From UHGV virus genome UHGV-0114643: a stretch of DNA of 33,753 nt. The stretch is one strand, 5' to 3'. The stretch's first letter is position 1. Every line of letters starts with the position of its first letter. The translations under genes were made by a program, and so were the position numbers. This document shows, piece after piece, positions 15,814 to 22,798 of this stretch. The stretch comes from a virus. Under the pieces are notes generated by a model, which ran no database searches, had not been told where the DNA came from, and saw nothing but the letters and a program-made list of their open reading frames with translations.

Positions 15814-15881
15814 AGTCGGAAAGTTGCTGAAGGGTAGCTCCCTTCGATAGTAAGTAGGTTCGACTCCTACCTTGACTGCCA
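15814..15881 (+). tRNA. tRNA-like element, probably degenerate or interrupted (canonical T-arm and 3' end with CCA, but no D-arm; a perfect 5' acceptor partner GGTCAAG lies at 15761-15767)
   Basis: T-arm GTAGG-TTCGACT-CCTAC and 3' strand CTTGACT-G-CCA; only 65 nt from the nearest 5' partner, 118 nt from the perfect one. Confidence 0.3.
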
Positions 15882-16046
15882 AATAGTTAGCAGATTACTA
15901 CGACGACCTTTATGGGTCTCCGCATTGACTTGAAAGAGTCAATCTCATAAGGAGGTGGTCTGTATCTCATGTTTTCCAGAACATGTAAATAATCTGAGAA
16001 GAAGCTTGACAGTGTTGAGATAACAGGGTAAGCTTCGAAATATAGT

Positions 16047-16129
16047 ATGGGACGATGTTAAGACACTAAGGCATGTGCGTAAGCCTCCAAAACTTACTCA
16101 AAGGGGTTCGAATCCTCCGTCCCATGCCA
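16047..16129 (+). tRNA. atypical tRNA, candidate tRNA-Trp (CCA inside a 9-nt anticodon loop CCUCCAAAA; D region ~7 nt too long)
   Basis: Perfect acceptor ATGGGAC/GTCCCAT, T-loop GGGGTTCGAATCC, CCA encoded; Trp is the only amino acid otherwise missing from the array. Confidence 0.45.
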
Positions 16130-16142
16130 AAGTCTTATTAGG

Positions 16143-16230
16143 GGTAGGTAGCGGCTAATGGAAGCCAAACTGTCTTGAAAACAGTTGCCATTGTAGAGAT
16201 ACGGTGAGGGTTCGACTCCTTTATCTACCG
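16143..16230 (+). tRNA. tRNA-Ser (anticodon TGA), long variable arm; 3' CCA not encoded (CCT follows)
   Basis: Acceptor GGTAGGT/ATCTACC, anticodon arm ACTGT-CTTGAAA-ACAGT, 20-nt variable arm, T-arm GAGGG-TTCGACT-CCTTT. Confidence 0.75.
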
Positions 16231-16485
16231 CCTAATAAGATTTAAAGCTGAGACTCGCTGTTCGGGCAAGTGTTTCAGGTTTCCTCTTCGTGTATTGGCG
16301 TACACGGCACTGGTAAAACACCTAGTAGGTGTCACGGAGAAGAGATAGTATCAAGCTCTCCAAAGGTTCTAGTCACCGGATTAAACAAGACTATGCAAAG
16401 GCCAATAGGTCTTTTTAGAGAATTGTTAAGATGTTTAATACCATTGTTGCTTTGGTGTCTTAGCAGTTCTCTACAAAGATTTAAT

Positions 16486-16562
16486 GCACCTATAGCCCAA
16501 CTGGAAGAGGCAGCAGACTTAGAATCTGCTCAGTGTGAGTTCGAATCTCTCTAGGTGTACCA
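16486..16562 (+). tRNA. tRNA with Leu anticodon TAG, class-II-like D-arm but short variable loop
   Basis: Acceptor GCACCTA/TAGGTGT, anticodon arm GCAGA-CTTAGAA-TCTGC, discriminator A, CCA encoded. Confidence 0.7.
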
Positions 16563-16569
16563 AATTAAT

Positions 16570-16645
16570 GCAGGTGTAGCAAAATGGTTATGCGGCTGAC
16601 TCTTAATCAGTAAGACGATGGGTTCAATTCCCTCCACCTGTACCA
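16570..16645 (+). tRNA. tRNA-Lys (anticodon CTT)
   Basis: Acceptor GCAGGTG/CACCTGT, anticodon loop CTCTTAA, T-loop GGGTTCAATTCCC, CCA encoded. Confidence 0.8.
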
Positions 16646-16651
16646 AACAAT

Positions 16652-16727
16652 GGGGATGTAGTTTACATGGTTAAAACATAAGTTTTGCAAACTTAAGTAC
16701 AGGGTTCAATTCCCTGCTTCTCCACCA
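16652..16727 (+). tRNA. tRNA-Ala (anticodon TGC) with G3:U70 identity pair
   Basis: Acceptor GGGGATG/CTTCTCC, D-stem GTTT/AAAC, anticodon arm TAAGT-TTTGCAA-ACTTA, T-arm CAGGG-TTCAATT-CCCTG, CCA encoded. Confidence 0.85.
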
Positions 16728-16733
16728 ATTAGT

Positions 16734-16808
16734 GCATCCATAGTTTAAACGGGAAAATTACAGTCTTCCAAACTGAGGTTGAGGGTTCGATTCCCTCTGG
16801 ATGCTCCA
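16734..16808 (+). tRNA. tRNA-Gly (anticodon TCC)
   Basis: Perfect acceptor GCATCCA/TGGATGC, anticodon loop CTTCCAA, T-arm GAGGG-TTCGATT-CCCTC, CCA encoded. Confidence 0.85.
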
Positions 16809-16814
16809 AATAAT

Positions 16815-16890
16815 GCTCTTATCGTATAATTGGCTATTACGGTTGCCTTGTAAGCAACTTATCAGGGTTCGAATCCTTGTGGGAGCACCA
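16815..16890 (+). tRNA. tRNA-Thr (anticodon TGT)
   Basis: Acceptor GCTCTTA/TGGGAGC, anticodon arm GTTGC-CTTGTAA-GCAAC, T-arm CAGGG-TTCGAAT-CCTTG, CCA encoded. Confidence 0.85.
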
Positions 16891-16987
16891 ATTTTGAGGT
16901 CAAGTGAAAGACCGCTTGAGTCAACTGAAGACCGTAACAAATTCCACGGAGTTGAGTTAGCGGCACAGCTTCAGACCTCTTTTCAAA

Positions 16988-17062
16988 GCTCGCTTAGTTT
17001 ATATGGTAAAGCCCCATCCTTACAAGTTGGTGAAGAAGGTTCAAGTCCTTCAGCGAGTACCA
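16988..17062 (+). tRNA. tRNA-Val (anticodon TAC)
   Basis: Acceptor GCTCGCT/AGCGAGT, D-stem GTTT/AAGC, anticodon loop CTTACAA, T-arm GAAGG-TTCAAGT-CCTTC, CCA encoded. Confidence 0.75.
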
Positions 17063-17063
17063 A

Positions 17064-17141
17064 GTTCCAGTATCCCAATTGGCAGAGGATGCAAGCTCAA
17101 ACCTTGTATTAGTGACGGTTCGAATCCGTCTTGGAACACCA
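17064..17141 (+). tRNA. tRNA with Leu anticodon CAA, class-II-like D-arm (3-bp stem, CAATTGGCAGA loop) but short variable loop
   Basis: Acceptor GTTCCAG/TTGGAAC, anticodon arm GCAAG-CTCAAAC-CTTGT, T-arm GACGG-TTCGAAT-CCGTC, discriminator A, CCA encoded. Confidence 0.7.
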
Positions 17142-17156
17142 AATTAGGAGATTCCT

Positions 17157-17369
17157 ATGAAGCCTTATGGTAGACATGGTAAAGTTGAAATTGCAAGTTG
17201 TGGTTGCTGTGCTTCTCACGATGGTGAAGAAGATTACTACAAGTGGCGTACAGACCATCGTAAACGCTTTCTCAGAAGAGATAAGAAGAAAGCTAGACAG
17301 GAATCTCGAAAGAATATTGCAGAATTAGTTCAAATGGATAGAACAGCAATCTACGAAGTTGTTTGTTAG
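17157..17369 (+). CDS. small basic Cys-containing hypothetical protein, 70 aa; last ~17 codons overlap tRNA-Arg
   Basis: ATG with AGGAGA 7 nt upstream; ORF in track; overlap makes the true extent uncertain. Confidence 0.35.
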   Translation: MKPYGRHGKVEIASCGCCASHDGEEDYYKWRTDHRKRFLRRDKKKARQESRKNIAELVQMDRTAIYEVVC

Positions 17370-17395
17370 GGGTTCGAATCCCTTATTCTGCACCA
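17319..17395 (+). tRNA. tRNA-Arg (anticodon ACG)
   Basis: Perfect acceptor GCAGAAT/ATTCTGC, D-stem GTTC/GAAC, anticodon arm GCAAT-CTACGAA-GTTGT, T-arm AGGGG-TTCGAAT-CCCTT, CCA encoded. Confidence 0.8.
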
Positions 17396-17413
17396 ATTTT
17401 AGAAGGTAATTAT

Positions 17414-17641
17414 ATGCGTAAACTCATTATTGAAAGGCATAAAGATGCTGACAAGATTGAAACAACACAAGTTGGGGACACTGACTTCATTCTTGTAGGT
17501 TGGAAATGTGACCCAATAGCAGCTATGAAGGTTGTTCATGGTTTTGCAGGAATTGAATTTAATCAAATCATATTTGAAACGCTATTACCAGAAAATCAGG
17601 ATACGTGTAATAACGCATATGTCCTGACAAGAGTTCGTTAG
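17414..17641 (+). CDS. hypothetical protein, 75 aa (paralogue A: MRKLIIERH ... DTCNNAYVLTRVR); start moved to the ATG with a proper RBS
   Basis: About 60% identical to 17686..17913; AGAAGG upstream of ATG. Confidence 0.5.
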   Translation: MRKLIIERHKDADKIETTQVGDTDFILVGWKCDPIAAMKVVHGFAGIEFNQIIFETLLPENQDTCNNAYVLTRVR

Positions 17642-17667
17642 GGGTTCGAATCCCTTATTCTGCACCA
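17633..17667 (+). pseudogene. tRNA 3' fragment (T-arm + acceptor 3' strand + CCA), identical to the 3' end of tRNA-Arg(ACG); duplication scar
   Basis: 30 of 31 nt identical to 17365-17395; no complementary 5' acceptor strand or D-arm upstream. Confidence 0.55.
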
Positions 17668-17685
17668 AATTTAAAAGGGTAACTT

Positions 17686-17913
17686 ATGTTTAAACTCATA
17701 GTTGAAAAACACCCAGAAGATGACAAGCTTGAAACAGGGAGATTTGGAGATACTTTCTTTATCAGAGTTGGCTGGAAAGCTGACCCATTAGAAGTTAGAA
17801 AGATTGTCTACAACTTTGCTGGTTTGGAATTAAAGCAAGTCATCTTTGAAACAATGTTGCCAGAAAATAAAGATACATGCAATAACGCATATATTCTTAC
17901 AAGAGTTAGTTAG
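17686..17913 (+). CDS. hypothetical protein, 75 aa (paralogue B: MFKLIVEKH ... DTCNNAYILTRVS)
   Basis: ORF in track; AAGGG upstream; paralogous to 17414..17641. Confidence 0.5.
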   Translation: MFKLIVEKHPEDDKLETGRFGDTFFIRVGWKADPLEVRKIVYNFAGLELKQVIFETMLPENKDTCNNAYILTRVS

Positions 17914-17987
17914 GGGATTAGTTTACAAGGTTAAAACCTCGGTCTTTGAAATCGAAGAAGTTGGTTCAATTCCAACATCCCCCGCCA
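17912..17987 (+). tRNA. tRNA-Gln (anticodon TTG); starts inside the stop codon of the preceding ORF
   Basis: Acceptor AGGGGAT/ATCCCCC (A1:C72), D-stem GTTT/AAAC, anticodon arm TCGGT-CTTTGAA-ATCGA, T-arm GTTGG-TTCAATT-CCAAC, CCA encoded. Confidence 0.8.
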
Positions 17988-17989
17988 AT

Positions 17990-18068
17990 GCTCCATTACT
18001 CCAATTGGCAGAGAGGCCAGACTTAAAATCTGTGTTATGTATCGGTTCGAATCCGATATGGAGTACCA
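17990..18068 (+). tRNA. tRNA with Leu anticodon TAA, class-II-like D-arm but short variable loop
   Basis: Perfect acceptor GCTCCAT/ATGGAGT, D-arm CTC-CAATTGGCA-GAG, anticodon arm CCAGA-CTTAAAA-TCTGT, T-arm ATCGG-TTCGAAT-CCGAT, discriminator A, CCA encoded. Confidence 0.7.
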
Positions 18069-18074
18069 AATATT

Positions 18075-18150
18075 AGCAGTGTAGCATAACTGGCAATGCT
18101 CCAGCCTCTGAAGCTGAATGATTAAGGTTCAAATCCTTACGCTGCTGCCA
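18075..18150 (+). tRNA. tRNA-Gln (anticodon CTG)
   Basis: Acceptor AGCAGTG/CGCTGCT, D-stem GCAT/ATGC, anticodon loop CTCTGAA, T-arm TAAGG-TTCAAAT-CCTTA, CCA encoded. Confidence 0.8.
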
Positions 18151-18181
18151 CTTCTAAGGGTTCTTACGAGAGTCCTTAAAT

Positions 18182-18255
18182 GTGGCCTTATCATAAATGG
18201 ACAATGACCCATGCTGTGAACATGGTCTATACGGGTTCGATTCCCGTAGGTCACC
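18182..18255 (+). tRNA. tRNA-His (anticodon GTG); 3' tail reads C-CCCCA rather than N-CCA and no obvious G-1
   Basis: Acceptor GTGGCCT/AGGTCAC, perfect D-stem TCAT/ATGA, anticodon arm CCATG-CTGTGAA-CATGG, T-arm ACGGG-TTCGATT-CCCGT. Confidence 0.7.
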
Positions 18256-18267
18256 CCCCAATTCAAT

Positions 18268-18343
18268 AGCTCAATTAGCTTATATGGTTAAAGCGCGTGT
18301 CTGAAAAACATGAGAACAGGGTTCAAATCCCGATGGGCTACCA
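18268..18343 (+). tRNA. tRNA-Phe (anticodon GAA), acceptor/T-stem register ambiguous
   Basis: D-stem GCTT/AAGC, anticodon arm CGTGT-CTGAAAA-ACATG, T-loop GGGTTCAAATCCC, 3' ...ACCA. Confidence 0.6.
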
Positions 18344-18359
18344 ATTTTATAGGTGCATA

Positions 18360-19094
18360 ATGAAAGAGATGACAGAACAAGGTAAAGAGATTTTTGGTCT
18401 CCTTAAATCTGGTAACGGGTTCTCTAACCCTCTTATTACTGGTGCAGCAGTTCTTGGTGGTACTGTAGCTGCCTCTCAATCATTAGTTAACTCAATTAGT
18501 TCTGTAACAGACCCAGCTACACAACAGATTTTAGTTGCTGCTGGACTGACAACAGCCTTATTAGGAAGCTTCACAACAAGCCTTGGAAGGACAACTTCAA
18601 CGACAAGTACACTCACTGAGTATGGACAAAAGTCTGTAGATGAGTTTTCACAACGTATGCAAGTAGCTAAGGGTTACTCTAATGTTATGGGAGCAGCAGG
18701 TGAACAGGTTGGATGTACACCGTTTAGTGGTATCATGGGCGTAGCTACCGAGTACGGTAATAAAGCGATGGATTTGATTAATACCTCCATAGACGCTGTA
18801 AATAGCGTTCTAAGCGATTTGCAAGATGCAATCGACCAAGGACTAGATACAATCTCTGAACTCGCTACACAGGCCGTTACAGCGATTAATGAGGGTATTG
18901 CAAAGATTACTGCATATGCTAATGAAGTAACTCAGATGATTGCAGATGAAGCAGCACTGATTGCAGAATACCTGAAAACAAATATTAATGGTTTCCTTGC
19001 GAATGTTCTACCAAGCTGGTTTGATGATTCATGTAAAACTGGTGTGATTGACACTATCGCAACTCCAGAGATGAAAGAAGCTCTGAACAAATAA
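18360..19094 (+). CDS. hypothetical protein (~244 aa), Ala/Thr/Ser/Gly-rich with hydrophobic N-terminal segment; start moved downstream of the tRNA
   Basis: Track ORF began inside tRNA-Phe; ATG at 18360 has AGGTG upstream. Confidence 0.5.
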   Translation: MKEMTEQGKEIFGLLKSGNGFSNPLITGAAVLGGTVAASQSLVNSISSVTDPATQQILVAAGLTTALLGSFTTSLGRTTSTTSTLTEYGQKSVDEFSQRMQVAKGYSNVMGAAGEQVGCTPFSGIMGVATEYGNKAMDLINTSIDAVNSVLSDLQDAIDQGLDTISELATQAVTAINEGIAKITAYANEVTQMIADEAALIAEYLKTNINGFLANVLPSWFDDSCKTGVIDTIATPEMKEALNK

Positions 19095-19095
19095 C

Positions 19096-19188
19096 GGAAG
19101 ATTAACCCTAAAAGGTAAGGGAGCAGTTTGCTAAACTGCCAGTAACCGAGAAATCGGCGTACCAGTTCAAGTCTGGTATCTTCCTCCA
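19096..19188 (+). tRNA. tRNA-Ser (anticodon GCT), long variable arm
   Basis: Perfect acceptor GGAAGAT/ATCTTCC, 3-bp D-stem, anticodon arm GCAGT-TTGCTAA-ACTGC, T-arm ACCAG-TTCAAGT-CTGGT, CCA encoded. Confidence 0.8.
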
Positions 19189-19194
19189 AATTAT

Positions 19195-19270
19195 GTGTCG
19201 GTGTCAGAAATGGTTATGTCCCTGTCTGCAAAACAGGTTTATGAGGGTTCGAGTCCCTTCCGATACTCCA
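19195..19270 (+). tRNA. tRNA-Cys (anticodon GCA)
   Basis: Acceptor GTGTCGG/CCGATAC, anticodon arm CCTGT-CTGCAAA-ACAGG, T-arm GAGGG-TTCGAGT-CCCTT, CCA encoded. Confidence 0.8.
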
Positions 19271-19302
19271 ATTTATATTAATATCTCTCTCAAAGTTATT
19301 AT

Positions 19303-19362
19303 GCCCTGCTATGAGTATTCTCCCTTTCGCTACCGGAGAGTATTTTTAGACAGGGCTTTTTT
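19303..19362 (+). terminator. compound stem-loop plus T6 terminator at the end of the tRNA array
   Basis: GCCCTG ... CAGGGC outer stem with inner hairpin, followed by TTTTTT. Confidence 0.5.
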
Positions 19363-19427
19363 ATAGAGTTATACTTTATGGGAAGACCTATACAGTATGT
19401 CTCTGGCATACATTGTGGTTTCTCCTT

Positions 19428-19451
19428 GACGGTCTCTGCACCGTCTTTTTT
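19428..19451 (+). terminator. rho-independent terminator (GACGG-TCTCTGCA-CCGTC + TTTTTT)
   Basis: Perfect 5-bp GC-rich inverted repeat followed by T6, 40 nt before the next gene. Confidence 0.65.
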
Positions 19452-19489
19452 CAGGAGAATCACTATAACTTTAATTTTGGAGAAATACA

Positions 19490-19696
19490 ATGAACGAGAC
19501 TAATGTTTACAAAGAACTATATGAAACTCAGAAACAGGCTCAAATGCTTCAAGCAACTGTAATGGCTGTGGCTGAACGTTTAATTGTTGCAACTGGTATT
19601 AACCCACAGGAAGCAACGATGGATAAACTTCTTAATTTAGTAGATGAAAAGTTTGGTGTAGAACCTAAACAGGAATCTGAAGAAGTTTCTGAATAA
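19490..19696 (+). CDS. hypothetical protein, 68 aa, acidic C-terminus
   Basis: ORF in track; GGAGAAA upstream of ATG. Confidence 0.5.
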   Translation: MNETNVYKELYETQKQAQMLQATVMAVAERLIVATGINPQEATMDKLLNLVDEKFGVEPKQESEEVSE

Positions 19697-19717
19697 TTCT
19701 ATTTGCAGAGGTGCTTA

Positions 19718-21319
19718 ATGGACTTAAATGTTATTAAGCAGAAGCGAGTGGAAGATGTAAGGAAAGTCCTAGCAGGTGAGTTGGGGCTTTCTGAAGAAGT
19801 AAAAGATATTATCAAATCCTTTGGTAAAGACCCCTCTAAATTCCTTCCAACTCAAATTCTGACTTTATTAAGATATACCCCAGACCAAGTAAGACTCATC
19901 TTTAAATTGATGACTGACAAGAACTATGTAGCTCCACAGCCTGGCTCTCAAGAGGTATTCTTGAATACCAATGCTGACTTGGTACTATATGGTGGTGCTG
20001 CTGGTGCTGGTAAGACTGCTGCCCTTTTAATGGACTCTTTGAGATTCATTGATGACCCTAACTATAACGCTGTATATTTCCGTCGAAATACTACACAGTT
20101 ACAAGGTGGTTTATGGCCAGCAGCTAAAAAGCTATTTGGTAAGTTTGGTGGAATCCCACACGAACAGAAAATGACTATTACGTTCCCTTCAGGGGCGACT
20201 ATTAAGTTTACTTATTTGGAACTTGAAAAACACTCAGAAGGTCACCAAGGTATCGAATACTCAGCTATTTACTTCGACGAAGGTACACACTTCTCGGCTT
20301 CACAGATTTCATATCTTCAGACACGTTTACGTTCTGGTGCTGAAGGTGACTCATATATGAAAATCTCAATGAACCCAGATAGAGACCACTTTATTTATGA
20401 TTGGGTAGAACCTTTCCTAGATGATGCTGGATATCCAGACCCAGAGAAGTGCGGTAGGATTCGTTGGTATGTTATGAATGATGGTGTCATGGTTTCTGAT
20501 TGGGATAGAGATAAAATTCTTGAAATGTTCCCTCTTGAGATTCCTCAAACATATACCTTTATTTCTGGTACAATTGATGACAACCCTATTCTAGATTTCC
20601 TTGAACCTAAGTATCGTGGTAAATTAGAAAACAACACACCAGTTAACGTTGCACGTTTACGTTTTGGTAACTGGAAAGCTCGTGCTGAAGGTTCAAACTA
20701 CTGGCAAAGACAATGGTGTGAAATTGTTGATAGTGTTCCAGCAGATGTATTTGACGTAAGAGCATGGGACTTAGCAGCAACATTACCTTCTGAGGTTAAC
20801 CCTAACCCTGACTGGACAGCAGGTGTTAAAATGGGTAAATCTAAAAAAGATGGTTGCTATTATGTGATTAACGTAGTAAGATTTAGAGATAGACCTTCTG
20901 GAGTTGAAACACAAATTAACCAAACTGCTGAAGGTGATGGTAAGCGCACAGGTATTTTTATCCCTCAAGACCCCGGCGCTGCTGGTAAATCCTACGCAAC
21001 CTCCCTTATTAGAAAACTTGCTGAGAAAGGTTTCCGAGCAAGAGCTAAACCAACAAATAAAGATAAAGTCACCCGTTTTGCGGGTTTCTCTGCTGCTTCT
21101 GAGGCAGGACTTGTCAAAATTGTTAGAGGCTCTTGGAATGAAGCATATTTCCAAGAACTAGAAGGTTTTTGTGGCGATGGTCGTACTAAGGATGACCAAG
21201 TGGATGCTACCAGTGATGCTTTCAACAGTCTAAACGAAGTTAAACTATTCAAGCCACCTTCAATGGGTGCTCATACAGATATTATGAAGAGTAATCCATA
21301 TCAGGGGCTAAGACGCTAA
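19718..21319 (+). CDS. terminase large subunit (~533 aa); ATG 19718 preferred over the track TTG 19703
   Basis: Walker A P-loop in LVLYGGAAGAGKTAA; size and position directly upstream of portal. Confidence 0.8.
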   Translation: MDLNVIKQKRVEDVRKVLAGELGLSEEVKDIIKSFGKDPSKFLPTQILTLLRYTPDQVRLIFKLMTDKNYVAPQPGSQEVFLNTNADLVLYGGAAGAGKTAALLMDSLRFIDDPNYNAVYFRRNTTQLQGGLWPAAKKLFGKFGGIPHEQKMTITFPSGATIKFTYLELEKHSEGHQGIEYSAIYFDEGTHFSASQISYLQTRLRSGAEGDSYMKISMNPDRDHFIYDWVEPFLDDAGYPDPEKCGRIRWYVMNDGVMVSDWDRDKILEMFPLEIPQTYTFISGTIDDNPILDFLEPKYRGKLENNTPVNVARLRFGNWKARAEGSNYWQRQWCEIVDSVPADVFDVRAWDLAATLPSEVNPNPDWTAGVKMGKSKKDGCYYVINVVRFRDRPSGVETQINQTAEGDGKRTGIFIPQDPGAAGKSYATSLIRKLAEKGFRARAKPTNKDKVTRFAGFSAASEAGLVKIVRGSWNEAYFQELEGFCGDGRTKDDQVDATSDAFNSLNEVKLFKPPSMGAHTDIMKSNPYQGLRR

Positions 21320-21331
21320 TAGGTAGAAAGA

Positions 21332-22798
21332 ATGGCAGATATCACAGAAACACAAGAAAGCCTTCCTCCATTCAGAATGGGTGAGGTTGGGAGTCTTGGC
21401 CTTAAAGTTCGCTCAGGAAGAATCTATGAAGAACCTAGACAGGCTTTAAGATTCCCAGAAAGTATTAAGACTTTCCAACTTATGATGAGAGACCCTTCAG
21501 TAGCAGCCTCTGTAAATATTATTAAGATGTTTGTCAGAAAGGTTAACTGGAGATTCGTACCACCGAAGGGAAAAGAGAAAGATGCCAAGATGATTGAAAG
21601 GGCTAATTTCTTTAACTCACTAATGAATGACATGGAGCACGATTGGGCTGACTTTATTAACTCTGTAATGTCATTCTGTACTTACGGTTTCTGTGTAAAC
21701 GAGAAAGTTTATAAGAAACGTCAAGGCAAGAAAGGTAAGTACCCTTCAAAATATAATGATGGTTTAATTGGTTGGGCTAAATTACCAATCCGTAATCAGA
21801 CTACATTAGATAAATGGTACTTTGACTCTGACTATAGAAAAGTTATTGGTGTTAGACAGAACCTGCGTAATGTTTCCCATATTGCAGGAGCAATTAATCT
21901 TGGTGAACAACCATTGACAAGAAAGCTTCCTAGAAGTAAATTCTTATTGTTCAAGTATGACGATGAATACGGTAACCCAGAGGGACGTTCACCATTACTT
22001 AATGCTTATGTTCCTTGGAAATACAAAGTTCAAATTGAAGAGTTTGAAGCAGTTGGTGTTTCCAGAGACTTAGTAGGTATGCCAAAGATTGGTCTTCCAC
22101 CTGATTACTTAGGTGAAGATGCAGAGCCTGAAAAGAAAGCTTTTGTTAAATACTGCCAAGAAGTAGTAAATGATTTAATTGCTAATGACAGAGCAGGTTT
22201 AATTTGGCCTAGATTTATCGACCCAGAAACTAAAGAAGATATCTTTGAGTTCTCATTAGTTTCTCGACAGGGTGCTAAAGCTTATGATACAGGTTCTATC
22301 ATTGATAGATACTCTAAGCAAATTATGATGGCGTTTATGTCTGATGTTCTTGCTATGGGACAGTCAAAATATGGTTCATTCTCTCTGGCAGATTCTAAGA
22401 CAAGCTTACTGGCAATGTCAGTTGATATTCTTCTGAAGCAAGTGAAGAATGTAATTAACCGTGATTTGGTTGCTCAGACTTATGCACTAAATATGTGGGA
22501 TGATGAAGAACACGTAGAAATTGTGTATGATGATATTGAGACACCAGACCTTGAAGCTATTGCATCATTCATTCAGAAGACAGTTGCAGTTGGTGCTCTG
22601 GAAGTTGATAAGCCATTGTCTGACAAGCTTAGAGAATATCTTGACCTTGAACCTGCTGATGAGTCTAAACCAGTATCTGAGAAACTATCCCCAAACACTC
22701 AAAGTCGTTCTGGTGATGGTTATCAAACTGCTGGAGAAGGGACTGCTAAAACTCCTTCAGCTAAAGACCCAAGCACAGCTAATAAGGCAAACAAATAA
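21332..22798 (+). CDS. portal protein (488 aa)
   Basis: Size and position between terminase and prohead protease; not homology-searched. Confidence 0.65.
   Translation: MADITETQESLPPFRMGEVGSLGLKVRSGRIYEEPRQALRFPESIKTFQLMMRDPSVAASVNIIKMFVRKVNWRFVPPKGKEKDAKMIERANFFNSLMNDMEHDWADFINSVMSFCTYGFCVNEKVYKKRQGKKGKYPSKYNDGLIGWAKLPIRNQTTLDKWYFDSDYRKVIGVRQNLRNVSHIAGAINLGEQPLTRKLPRSKFLLFKYDDEYGNPEGRSPLLNAYVPWKYKVQIEEFEAVGVSRDLVGMPKIGLPPDYLGEDAEPEKKAFVKYCQEVVNDLIANDRAGLIWPRFIDPETKEDIFEFSLVSRQGAKAYDTGSIIDRYSKQIMMAFMSDVLAMGQSKYGSFSLADSKTSLLAMSVDILLKQVKNVINRDLVAQTYALNMWDDEEHVEIVYDDIETPDLEAIASFIQKTVAVGALEVDKPLSDKLREYLDLEPADESKPVSEKLSPNTQSRSGDGYQTAGEGTAKTPSAKDPSTANKANK

Noticed and set aside
13937-19270. tRNA genes as integration (att) sites of a mobile element or integrase-bearing island
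   Set aside because: No integrase or recombinase ORF and no flanking direct repeats matching a tRNA 3' end; the one tRNA fragment (17633-17667) is explained by local tandem duplication.
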